Source: Paraglomus brasilianum
Lineage: Eukaryota
Reading direction: 5' to 3'
DNA length: 48,484 nt
Assembly (NCBI GenBank): GCA_910592345.1
Contig: CAJVPI010000151.1
Span: 1 to 48,484 of the forward strand
Every line of letters starts with the position of its first letter. Position 1 is the first letter of the stretch. Under the pieces are notes generated by a model that was not told the DNA's origin, did not search any database, and saw only the letters and a list, made by a program, of their open reading frames with translations. This document shows, one piece after another, positions 15,866 to 28,074 of this stretch. The translations under genes and the position numbers were made by a program.

Positions 15866-17043
15866 TTAGACATTGATGTCTCTTTCCTCATTTTGAGATT
15901 TTTGTTTTTGTGCTTTGAGAAAACTTTCTTGCAATAATTTCCTCTCTTTCAATTCCTTTCTGATAAGTTCATCTGGATAAAAAATACCCAATAACAAAAT
16001 CTACTTCAATATGCTTAATAAATTGCATCCATGCGGTAAATCAAATAGACCAACATACCAAATCCTTCAGCTTCATCTGGCACTCCCAGCTGGTTCATCA
16101 TCCGTTGCTCTAGCACAACCATAGATAGCTGTTCTTGTAGTTCCTGATATCTATCTAACCTCTTTTGATGCTGTCTAATCCTTTTATTCATCATCATTGA
16201 GACCCATGCTGGCTGTTCCCATCCACGTACCCGCCATAGACGATAGCCCAATGACGTAATTACATCATATCTTATAACGGGTCTACGCGGACGTTTTTTC
16301 TTTCGCTTGATTCTTTGTGGTAATAGAGGTTCCGGGGGAGGGGTATAAACACACGGATCAATGGCTATTCTATAAGCTGGGTGTGAATCTTGTTTGCGTG
16401 AAGACAGGACGCGAATGTCATACACAAATGGGTGATGTTTGGGCTGCAATCAGAAATATAAACATATAAGCAAAATATTATAAGATATAATCGAGTGACA
16501 ATGAGAGACAATAGAAATCCCCTTACTCCTTTCCACTTGTGGAGCTGTTATAAGAGTTGCAATTGTATCGGTTCAATTTGTTATCAGCTACTTGGATTCT
16601 CTCTGAATGGCATACTAAACCTGAAGAGTAAGGTAATTTACCACATCCAAAACTTCTTTCAATCTCCCTTTTCTTCCCCACGAGAGATCATCAATATGCT
16701 GTATAGATTCTTGATCACCATCTAGAGCTTTCTCTAAAAGTGACTTACACTGCAACAATGATAAACGGGTCATAATGTGAGTTATTTCTTGTTCTTCTTC
16801 CCTTCAGCATACCAAAATTACAAGCCCGACCTCTTCTGCCTCCTTCAGATAGTTGGCCGTTTTTTGGAGAGAAGTTTCGTGTCTCCGGGATCTAAACTTG
16901 TCTCTTAATGAAAAGTATAGAAATCTTTTGTGGATGTCCTTATCAAAACGTTTTGCTGTTTTCAAAAGTGTCCTATAAAGCGACAACACTGGTATCCGAT
17001 GCGCGTCAAGTGTCCAGAAAGGCCTTCTCGGTCTGCGTATCAT
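15866..17043 (-). CDS. Mitochondrial LYR-motif (Complex1_LYR) protein, about 5 exons
   Basis: MIRRPRRPFWTLDAHRIPVLSLYRTLLK...F...LRDKFR..R.ETS is a typical LYR domain; spliced continuation CKSLLEKALDG...WGRKGRL, LHKWKG, PKHHPFVYDIR...RVRGWEQPAWVSMMMNKR, ending ...ERDINV* at 15866. The small internal exon boundaries are tentative. Confidence 0.8.
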
Positions 17044-17131
17044 TGAAACGATCAATTACAGTCTGTGATTTGTGAAATTTACCGTTGATATCACATGCAG
17101 GATTTCATGGATCTAGCTATTCATAATAATA

Positions 17132-18295
17132 ATGTTGCCAACACATAGAGTGGCAGTCACCCCATCCACCTTGCAGCAAACAGTGAACAAAAGTAAAACA
17201 GGAGTAAAGATTGCTCGGTCGCATGCTAAAGAAAGTACTGCGCGACTAGTGTTACGTTGTTGGTTCTCCTCGGAGAATAAAAGCTCAGGAAAAAATGGGG
17301 ATAAGACTCGATCGGTAGGAAATGTAATAGCAACTCAAGAAAATATGCTTCGCGGTAAGCTGTCTGCTGCACTCTCGAACATACAAGTAATACGCGAGAA
17401 ACAGATACACAATATACAAAAAGGACAGGAAACAATAAAAAAAGCTCTGAACGAAGGTTCGGGATACGACGATATTGAACGCATAAAACAGAAAGTAATT
17501 CAGCAAGGTTTCTTTCACATTTATTATTTGGAATTTCAAATCTGTCGGGGAGGGAGGAGGGGGGGCAAATCTTGTCTTTCAAAATAATCATCGTTCACCT
17601 ATATTATAGAACGTCAACTTCAAGAGGCACGCCAACAACTGTCAGTCTCAAGAAATGCATATGAACAAGCTATTGCAGCCCAATCCAAAATTCAACGCGA
17701 GGTCAATGACCTCCTTCAGCGCAAAAACCAATGGACCAATGACGATTTTTTACGTATAACTCAATTATTACGTGATGAACAAACCATCGAACAAAAAGTG
17801 ATCACGACGCGCGAGGATTGCCATCGCTGCGATAAACAAGTCGAACACGAGTTTACCGAACTTATTCAAGTCATGATGATGAGATATCACGACGAGCATA
17901 TTTGGAGTGACAAAATTCGGAATTGGTCAACATATGGCACTTTTGCTTTGATGGCGTCGAATATAGCATTGCTTATCGGGGTTCAAACAGTGGTTGAACC
18001 GAGAAAGAGGCAGATATTAGTGGATAGAATTAAAGTAGAGACCGATCTATTAAAGGAGCAATTAGCAAATGCCGTGGCGTTATTAATGAAAGAGGATGAA
18101 ATTAAGGGACTGAGTATCAATAATGGGGACGTTGAAGGAGAAGATCAGTTTAACGCTCGGGCGGAAACGAAGATAGCAAACCCCATAGCATATGACGAGA
18201 CATTTTGGAAAGGAGCTGTAGTGGGTGGGGCTGTAGTGGGCAGTGCCGTTTTGGGTATTTTTGTTGCTGTCGTAGCAGCTAATTTAAAAAAATAA
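17132..18295 (+). CDS. SHE9: She9/Mdm33 mitochondrial inner-membrane coiled-coil protein, 2 exons
   Basis: Exons 17132-17507 and 17610-18295. Motifs SGYDDIERIK, QREVNDLLQRKNQWT, RYHDEHIWSDKIRNWSTYGTFALM..N, VEPRKR and two TM segments. Confidence 0.92.
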
Positions 18296-18484
18296 CGAAT
18301 CTTCGACCGAGCAAGAGCAAATAGACATGTAATTTATCTAGTAGCTGTAATATAAATCATCTTCAACAGTTGATTGAAAATCTGATTTTTTTTTTCCTTT
18401 GTTCTCTTTTTATTGATAGACCCAGCATCTGAAATGCTATTGTAACATGTATAATGTAAACGAGAATGACTTAAACGCGATATA

Positions 18485-18944
18485 CAGTGTGTCACGAAAA
18501 AAGTGGCAAAGAAACTATTGATTGTTGTGCTACAACGGTTAGAGTAATCAATGAGCTTTATACTTCATTTAATAGCTTATGAGCAGAGGTTTTATTGCCA
18601 TAAGTTAATAGATATTTCCCATAATTAGCTTACATTTTTGTTTTATCGATTTCACTAAATTGATTAACATAAACCGGCCTAACTACAATGTTTGGTTGGC
18701 CAATCGCCATAAATTTTCTATAGGATTTAAGAACTAGACTGTTGACAGGCCACTAATGGTCTGCAATAATGTGTATTCAAATTTGATCTAGATATTTTGT
18801 AATAGCAAAAAGCTGGTTGAGCAAAACAAAGGTTTGAACTTGTTTGACAGTTTAAAAACAACCGCAAAACAATAATTTAAATTGCATAAAATATACGCGT
18901 TCGAAGAGCTTCTATTTTTTTGCCATTTTTTTCGTGACACACTG
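18485..18944. mobile_element. Tc1/mariner-type MITE (460 bp)
   Basis: About 26-bp TIRs CAGTGTGTCACGAAAAAA(G/A)TGGCAAA at both ends, flanked by TA; non-coding interior. Confidence 0.88.
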
Positions 18945-19778
18945 TATTTACAGTAAATTAAAGGAATTTAGATGCACTTACAAAATGCTGCAAGTATTAT
19001 GAACTAACTCATTTTGCATAACTACATCACATATCTCATTGAGTTCTATTTTCTCTAATTCTCAGTCGAGACCTTGCATCGCTTATTCAAACCATGAGAC
19101 TCTCCGACGTAATCCAACAGACAAAAACTTGGCCGAACTAAGGCATCTTCCGTTCCCGCTGATAAAATTTGAACAAGCGAACGAAATAAAAAAGAAAACA
19201 TTTCGCCGTGTAACATGTCACTCTTCTCTAAAATTTTCTATCGCGAGGGACTTTTATTCACAACAAGGTGCTCGCAATTTTAGTCATTTTCCACAGTGAA
19301 ATTATTGAAACTCGTATCAGTAATCTCAAAGATGAAGAATATAAATAATGCAAAAAAACTAATTTGTATAGAGAAAGTAGAGAAGCATGAAAATGGCCTA
19401 AAAAATTATATCTTTATTCATTTTACACACACTAAAATAAATAAAAAGTAACGTGAATCAAAATCGAATTTCTTCTCTTTGTATACATAACACTCAATAT
19501 TATTTACTGTAACAAGGGCATAATTTGCTATCCTAGAAATCCAATTATTTTAATAAAGAGCCTATTGCATAATGTTGCGAAAAGATGCTACTTGGTTAGA
19601 ATCAACAAAAGCTTTTAAGAATATGTTTATTCATACATTGAATGGCACTTTGATCACTGATTGAAATGATAACTTGAAGTTGACAGAGTAAACGCCAAGT
19701 CTTTATTAAAAACATAAACGAAACAGTACAACCGACTAAAGTCAAACAACATATATCATACGATCCACGGGCTTTTCT

Positions 19779-22202
19779 CTACACGCCGAATTCGAAACAT
19801 TTGAAAGTTACGCTACATTCTGTGTTAGTCCTTGGGTTTTTAGCGTTGACTTTTGTTTCGTAATTTCCAAAAGTCAACGACAGCTCTATTGGTCGGTCTT
19901 TACCCAAGTGTTTGTCGGGCAAATCAATAATCCATTCTCTTATTAGGCTTACACCTTCATCGTCTACATATTCGGGATCATAATCCCGCGACGCGTAAAT
20001 ATTCACGCTCATTTTCGTCTGTCGTGCGTTGGATGGATAATAAACTTCACTAAAAGTCTGGTTAGGTCGAACCGAGTCTCCACGGCGGGCCAAAATCGAG
20101 AATTTAATAATCGTGTTGCGTTCCGTCTTACGTTCTGGTGGGTCGTCTTTGGCAAATGGTATTTCAATGTTTGTGCCATATGAATAATTGAGCACACGTG
20201 TCTTGACGGTTTTACTGAAACCGAACAAATCTGATTCGTGGTCATCCTCAATACTTAAACCTGTGTAGAAAAAAAAAAAGTATTTTTCAATGAGAAAAAG
20301 TATTTTCCCAAAGTATGTTGAAGAAATTCCAATTAAGGAAGAACCGGGGAAACTCACCGTATAAAGTTGCACCCCGTTGAATCGCCGCAATCGGGTTAAT
20401 AGGAGAAGCGATTATATCAACTTCGTAGCCAAATGTTTGTTTGACACGTTCCATGAGATAGGGCGATTGGCTATGCATGAAGCTAATTGAGTTTGCTGTT
20501 TGGCTTTCATATTAATTGATTACAGAGATCTTTCGCCTACCTGTATCCACCGACTAGGAACATTGCCGAACAACGGTCGCTTGATGCTTTCAACTGTTTT
20601 CTACCAGAAAAGCCAAGATAATAGATTAATTACAAGATGCGAATACTTTGCAAACTGGTATAAGGAGCTAACCTTATCAAGTCAATAATTGCTTGAATTG
20701 ACGGTTCAAACATCGTCTTGATATCATCATAAGTGAATTCAAATAGCCAGTTGAGAGGCTCGAGCAGTGCTTTCTTTTCGGCGCTCGCTTCTGCCTTTAG
20801 AAAATCATAAGCCCTCATACTTATGCGATTGTTTACGTACTCACTACGCTCATTAAAATTAAACTTGATGGGGCAAAAGAAATTTTGAATCAAATACATG
20901 AATCTACGCGCATGTATTTTGCGTAATTCGGCCATCCTGTCGCGAGTGATTCCAAGTCGCTCGGCCACCTGGTTGATGAATTCATCGTCTACAGAAGTGC
21001 TACCGCAGTAATTACCCATCGACTGTGCAACTTCGCCCAGTTGTTTATCTGTTAGCAACTTTCGTGTAGTAATATCAACCGTGCCGCCGCCACCGTCAAC
21101 GATCATGAAAGTGCCTGTATCAAGAATTCGTTAGCGCAAGGCTAGTGTATCAGAGACACCGATTTGTGTTGGTTTGAGTACTTACTGCCTTCTGTGAGAT
21201 CATACTGATCCATTAATTCGTGACAATACACGGCAGCAGCCTCCGCTTAAATTGAATAAACGTATGAGATGGAGCGTAGTAGTAGGTGTTTGAATATATT
21301 ATACATAATCATATTCCTGTGATCTTACGTTCGGATATAAACATCGCATTCTCCATCCCTTTTTGTACCAGACCAGCGTCAACTGCACACCTGGTCATTA
21401 TATCTTTCGCCTTGTGATTCCATTCCACCGGTAATGTAAAGACGAACAAAACATGTTTGCCAATATCGGTAGCTAGAAGATACAATTATTAAATTTGTGC
21501 ACTATACATCTTGGAAAGCCAGATACTATTCAAAAGATTTTACCACTCCCCCATCGAGACTTGATATGTGTTTCAACTTTCTGCAGATACTCGTGTTAGT
21601 ACAACGTCACACAAACAGCATATTATTACCGAAAAAGCTCATACTTTCTGCATTTCCTTGAGAAAATCTGTTATAGCTTTACGGTAACTCAATCCATCGG
21701 GCAGCAAAGGTTTGCGTGCTGTCGGGCAGGTATCAGAAAGACACAATTTGAAGCATTCCACAACACAATAATCGTCACTCGACAAACTGCTCCCATAGTC
21801 TTCAACGCAATCTGCAGCCGAATTCCCCCACTGAACAACTTTGAAATCTTTATCATAAACGAGGACGGTGGGGATTTTGTGCGAGTTTGCTCGGGTTAAT
21901 CTGCCCAATGGCCTAATTGCATATTAATATACACACACACATGTAAATTAATAGACTCGCGATTCACGCAAAAAAGTCGCTACGTTCATATATATTTGAC
22001 CATTTCATATAAGTTTCGACATCTTTAGGACGACGGATATGACCAACCGAGAAGCCAGAGAATGTTGTCCCAAAATCTTGTGTGCACGAATTATATAAAA
22101 GTTATTGAAGCCTTATTATTATAAAAGAAAACCAAGATGAAAGTTGATGAATATTGCCATACCCACTCCGACGACTACGCGAACATCTTTGGTAGCGCTC
22201 AT
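19779..22202 (-). CDS. Atypical Hsp70-family (HSPA12-like) ATPase, paralog A, 10 exons, about 573 aa
   Basis: Exons 22202-22163, 22076-22001, 21912-21645, 21580-21544, 21472-21329, 21245-21186, 21114-20673, 20600-20541, 20470-20358, 20260-19779 join in frame (1722 nt). Motifs VVVGVDFGTTFSG, KIPTVLVY, CFKLCL, TLPVEW, EPEAAAVYC, IVDGGGGTVD, CGSTSVD, LVGGYSQSPYL, AIQRGA, YSYG. Confidence 0.92.
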
Positions 22203-22972
22203 TTCTCAAATTTAATAATTGTTCTTGGCAATAAACTTGGCGGATAGGAAAAAGTTCCTTGCTCACATTAATTTTAAATACTTTATAATTCATTCGCGCG
22301 CAATATAGGCCGCTTCTGTAAGCAGGACGACGTGTCATGCTTATGGTTACACAGGTCTTATTCAACTTGCAATGTTCTGTGGGAATAAACAACAATTGGC
22401 AACAATGTAACAATGATAAGTGTTATTATTCTCTGTACAAGTCTTGTCCGATCGAGCAAGCAGTTTGCAGAAATAGAACTACTCGATACCTTTTTTAATA
22501 TATTACATTTCTCATCAGATGCGCAATACTTTATTGACTATATTGTATTCTCTCATCAGAATCATATGACATAGAATGTGCGAAATCTTTCTGGTCGCAT
22601 TACATGCTCTCATCAGCATCTATTTTGCATTTTCTCATCAGGATGCGTAATCGTTAGTATGGATTGCTCTCACAAAATGCGCAATTCTTTTCTTTTTAGT
22701 TGGTCTTGTAGAATGTATTATCTATCGACCAGATTGCACTCCGTATTAATGATGGTGTGAGACTTTTGTACGAAAATTAGTTCTCAGACCTAATAATTTT
22801 CAAGCGAGCGTCTTTCACACGAAGGGCATTGGTACAAGACATTTGTCATCCAATCGCAAGAACGGACTGACCAATACTTATTTGCCATCAATGTTTAAGC
22901 GAGCAAGACGCAGTTGAACTTTTTAGTTGTGTTCTCAAACAATAATCGAAAAAGCCAACAGACGATATCACC
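22203..22972. promoter_or_regulatory. Putative bidirectional promoter between Hsp70-A and the coiled-coil gene
   Basis: Divergent ATGs 770 bp apart; four exact TCTCATCAG copies (22510, 22551, 22608, 22633); TCTGTGGGAATAA at 22376-22388 is shared with the Hsp70-B upstream region. Confidence 0.55.
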
Positions 22973-24485
22973 ATGTCCTCCTACCCAGCAAGATATCGCA
23001 ATAACAGCAGACTCGCCAAACATGGAGATGATGGCTACGGAACGACTCACTATTCTCAATTAATGGACTGTGAAAATCGTACATGCAAAGAACGACAGAA
23101 AACACTATCTCGTCTGGAAGATGAGAATAAAAAGAAAGCCGAAGAATTAAATAACTGTTTCAAAGAATTGACTAAAGCGAAAGATCAAAAGGTTCATCAA
23201 GACAACCTTATAAAAGATCTGCAACAAAAATTGGACCAACAGAAAAGGAAATGTGCAAGTTTACAAAACTCGAACAAAATGCTGGCACAACAGAGCCAGC
23301 AGATCAAAAATGACTCTGAAACTAAAGTCGAGGAATTGTCTAATGAATTAAACGAAAAAAATTTAGAGATACAAAACATAAAAGATTCTCATAGTGAATT
23401 CCGCCAACAAGCGTTACAATGGCGAAAAGAAGCTTCTGAACTTCAAGCTGCTCTAGGAGATTTTGGCAATGCCGAACTTGCCGATGAGAATCCGAATAAC
23501 ACTACAAATTTCGAAGGCGAAATTACCGAGTTGAAGCACATTGTGAGTCAGGTTTGTCTGGTGGAACTAGCCAATTCGGTAAACGAAAAGGCTTCGGCTT
23601 CTCTTTTAGAACACAGAGCTTATACCAAAAATCGCGCCGAACGTAGAGGATTACTTTCTTGTCTATTGCAAAAACATATTATCCAGTATATCTTAAAATT
23701 GTGGGACGAATCCTTGGAAAAGTATACGCAACGTGGTATCGGAGAGGATTTTGATTTTGTGCATTTGGAAAATTCAGCTGCAAAGACTTGGGCTTCCGCA
23801 CCCATAAAAAAATTCTTTGTCACTTACGTGAAACCCGTCGCTCAATCAAACCGAGCGAGCGAAACCGCGCCTTTCCCACATGAATATGATGACATCATGT
23901 CGATGACAGCACACGCGATGCAGTATTTCGACGGCCTCGAAAAGGCTTTAAACGAAGTTGACAAGAATCGGGAAGATGCTCAAAAGTTAATTACCAAGAT
24001 ACGTCAACTATTGCTTCCTTGTCTTTCCAGTAAAGTTTGCACGCCACAAAATCCAACGATTCAAAACATCACAACGAGCGTCTTGAAACGTTTGCGGGAA
24101 TATCGTACTATTAAAGATTCAAACTATCTCAACGATGAAGTAAACTTGGTCAGACAATTGGTACCAAAATGCATAAAACTACTCGGTATTCAGTTCAAAA
24201 TCTATTATCCCAAGGCAAACCTCAAATGGTACGAGTGCAAAGAAGTTCTAGAAGGGGAAGCGCGTACATGGATAGATATTGATGGTGGCGACAATGGTTC
24301 TATGGTAAGCGTATATACGTTTAACAGACTACGATTTGTCTCCGTGACTGATAAAATAATGTTTTTGTTTTTGTTTTGCCGTTGTCTAGGTTGATATTTG
24401 CATGTTTCCTTTAGTGTATGCCGGAGATCATAACCAACCGGAAAGAGTGTACGCAAAGGCAAAGGTTTGCCTCATTTCCAAATAA
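22973..24485 (+). CDS. Coiled-coil protein with a GrpE/MIEAP-like C-terminal beta domain, 2 exons, about 475 aa
   Basis: Exon 1 22973-24304, GT-AG intron 24305-24389, exon 2 24390-24485. Heptad-rich residues about 35-165 and a helical middle; spliced tail ...QFKIYYPKANLKWYECKEVLE...WIDIDGGDNGSM|VDICMFPLVY...ERVYAKAKVCL. The family assignment is a pattern inference. Confidence 0.8.
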
Positions 24486-25109
24486 TGTGACTGCTGTACA
24501 CGTGTGACTATACATTTGCGTTACGTTTTTCTAGATCACTGTAATATAAAAAAGATTTATCACGTAAATAGGCCAAGTTGTAAAAACATACGATTGCAAA
24601 CTACTCTTCCAATATTGCGTGGGCAACAGTCGAACGTATAATTTGTATCCACGTTCATTGTTATATCTTTTCTAAAAGAATACTAGTCTCATTATTAATA
24701 AACGGAGAATATAATAGCCAAAAATCGAATGTCAACATAATGCGTAAATATTTACACGAATACATTATTCCCACAGACATTAATGCCTTTTTTGGCACGA
24801 GCCAGAAACACAAACAATTACGTACTCACATAAATATTAATATATCAACAATGCAAATTGGGTTATAATAGTCGTCAAAGTATGTGAAAATTGCGTTTTC
24901 GAGAGAATCTGGCATGGCGTCCACCATTATTTACGTCCTGGGAGTTTCGGGTTTAAATATTGATATTGAGAATATAACAGTTATGCGTGGATTCTCGTGC
25001 TAAAGAATTAGTGATTTCGTTCAAGTTTAATGAATGATGATAGTTTGGGAATTCTATTTATTTATAATAAACGCACAATCTGATGATTAGCGCCAACAAT
25101 TAAATCGAA

Positions 25110-27788
25110 ATGTCTGGTCTTAGAGATATACGTGTGGTTGTGTCAATCGGTTAGAAAATTAGCTTAGCATTGTCGATTCCACCAAAAGGCCTACAACGGT
25201 AATTAACAAAAGTTTTCTTCCTCGTTACCAAAGACTTTGGCACGACGTTTTCTGGCTTTGCGCTCGCACACGTAGATGCTAAACATAATATCGAAGTCTT
25301 TAATAGCTGGTAAGACACAAACTGAAGGAGTGGCATCCATCATAGTATCTGGCCCTAGTATCCCAAGGTCTATCTTAAAGACCACATTTATTTGACCTGG
25401 CAATACGATAGTCGTTAATCTTTCCCTCGGCTCTCATGGCAGCATTACTCGCATTTTTAAGAAACATATTGTCGCGTTAACAGAGACATACAGTCTCTAA
25501 ACTTGTACTCATTATGTGATTAAACGTTACTAATACGCAAACTTGATTATTGCTAAAACTCAAAGGCCCAATGGCGAGTTGATGCGACCAAACCAAACCA
25601 AAGTTCCGACTATACTGCTGTATAATCAGAGTTTAGAAGTAGTTGGATGGGGAAATACTGCGGTAGCGCCTGGGGGACTGTACGGAGGAGCAAGCCAAAG
25701 AAGTTCTGATTCCCATTTCCTGGCAGAACAGTTCAAGCTCTATTTTTCAACCCAAGAACATATCCCCAAGCCACTCTTGCCTAATAAACTCGAATTTCTC
25801 AAAGCCATCACGGATTATTTGATAAAGTTACGAGAGGTACTTTTCAGTGTTTGAAAGCAGAGAAAAGGGAGCCGAGGAAAAGTATGGTGGTGACAAGTTT
25901 TAAAAAAAATAATTCATGCCTGTTATCGAAACACGACAGATCATACAAGATAGAGTCAAAAATAAATGGAGAGGAAGTAAGAATCAAGTTGATTTTAGTT
26001 TTGTGGGTTTAAACGCTTACGTTATAGTTAACTGTACAAGTCATTCTGTAGCCGTCGCCTTTCCCGATCAAGTCCGTCTAGTAATGACGCTACCAGTAGA
26101 TTGGCCACAAAAAGCCTTGGTAGATATGCGTAATTGTGCCCTCGAGGCTGGGTTAATATCGGAGAGGCACTCGGACAATTTGGAATTCGTGACAGAGCGT
26201 AAGCTTTTTTGGTAAACAAATCTAGCATACTGTTTCATAACAAGGCTGTTAAAACTCTTGTTAAACTCCCCGATATGTATAATTCAGCCGAGGCAGCAGC
26301 CTTGTACTGCTTGAAAAACTGTGCCGAGTATGAATTAAATCCTGGAGGTAACCTTTCGCAATCGGGGGATACGTAATTTATCAAACACGTAGTTTCATAT
26401 CAAACGCTAATTTTCTTTTCTCTTCACAGACGCATTCATGATAGTCGACTGCGGCGGCGGTACAATCGATCTGACGACAAGATACTTGATGCAAAATGGA
26501 GGGCTCGGAGAAGAGACTGAAAGCACTGGCGAAGCATGTGGAGGCTCCTTTGTCGACCGCGAGTTTTTAAAATTTATCGGTGATAAACTTGGCATCACCG
26601 AAAAGAAAATGGACGAACTGCGTCGAGATCACTATACTCAGTTTCAAAGAATGTTGGAAGGATTTGTATTTAGCGTGAAATCTCGGTTTAACGGCAATGA
26701 AGAAGATTTCGGATATACGTCCATGTTGCATCTTCAATCAGAATGTAAGATCCTCGTGGAGAATGTACACGCTGACAAAAAGCTAGAGATGGAGAAATCG
26801 CGGTGGTCGATTCCATTTGCGTTTAAAGACGTAAAGCAAATGTTTGATACGGTGGTCGAGAAGATATTGCGACTGATCAAGTAGGTTTTTTTATTGGTTG
26901 ATTGCGGCACCACCACTCTGCACAATAGTTATACGAATTTCGTAATTGGTCTTTGGCAGTGATCAGCTGGTTAATGCAGGGAGGAAAATCGAGGCAATAT
27001 TTATGGTCGGCGGCTTCAGGTGAGTAAATTCGCTTACCATGTAGCCAATCAACAAGTTCTGTTTTCGGATACACTAGGACTAATAATAATAATAATACTA
27101 CTACTACTACTATTAGTGAATCGGAATATCTCCGACAACGAGTAAATGACAAGTTCAAGGAGAAAGTCAGAATCATTGCGACGCCAATGAATCCAATCTC
27201 TGCGGTTGTCAAGGGCGCATTGCATTATGGTAAGTATTAATTAGTTACAGTATAGGAATATGTATTCGGACAAACTTGTAGGATTAAATATCCTTATTAT
27301 AATATGTAGGACTCGAATTCGAAGATGACCCCAACAAAGCCAACTATGGCTTAAACAAAACCATAAAGACACGCAGGCTTAAATGTACTTACGGAACCGA
27401 TGTTCTTGATCCGGATATTGATCCGATTATTAGCATTCTCACCGGCAGCTCCAAAATGTTCTCTCTTATAGCCAAGCGCGGAGACGAAATTGCAGCCGAT
27501 CAGGCATTCAAGGAGACATACACTCCTGTGAGAAGAAATCAGACCGAAATGAGCATGAACTTGTATTGCACACGTAGATTTGACGTAAAGTTCGTTAACG
27601 AAGAAGACGTGACGCTCTTGAAAAAGTGGTCTATCACCCTGCCTCCGCTAAAGACAGATGAATTACTACCACGGGTCGAGCTGTCATTGATGTTTGGCAA
27701 GTTGGAAGTAGCAGCGACGGCATTCAATAAAAGAACTGGAAAGAAATGTCAAGTACAATGCAATCTTCCTGAAGCAGACCGCTGTTAA
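25110..27788 (+). CDS. Atypical Hsp70-family (HSPA12-like) ATPase, paralog B, 10 exons, about 577 aa
   Basis: Exons 25110-25149, 25234-25309, 25566-25836, 25940-25976, 26052-26198, 26288-26347, 26430-26880, 26960-27019, 27117-27229, 27310-27788 join in frame (1734 nt). Motifs VVVSIDFGTTFSG, KVPTILLY, QFKLYF, TLPVDW, EPEAAALYC, IVDCGGGTID, CGGSFVD, MVGGFSESEYL, AVVKGA, TYG. Confidence 0.92.
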
Positions 27789-28074
27789 AAAATTGCAAAT
27801 GATATTAAAAAGTCATAATAGTTTAATAGTGGCGGGGTTTCAAACTTGATAATAATTGAGTATTTTTAATTAGTAAAAAACCAATATTAATATACATTGC
27901 TTAGGAGGAGAGCAATCACGTGAAATTCTAACACACTGCCATGCCAATTAAAACGAGTCATATATATATATTTTACCATCACATGAAAAAAAGGAGATGG
28001 GGGAAAGGGTGGAAATATTTACATTTAATAAGTCCTATGAGATAATTAAATTACACAAGCCATTATTAAAATGA

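Noticed and set aside
22506..22690. CRISPR-like array
   Set aside because: Repeats are only 9 bp with irregular spacing, the context is eukaryotic and there are no cas genes.
27080..27116. (TAA)n(TAC)n tract; also poly-C at about 45659-45673 and (CAA)n at about 29185-29212
   Set aside because: Simple microsatellites (intronic, intergenic and polyQ-coding respectively).
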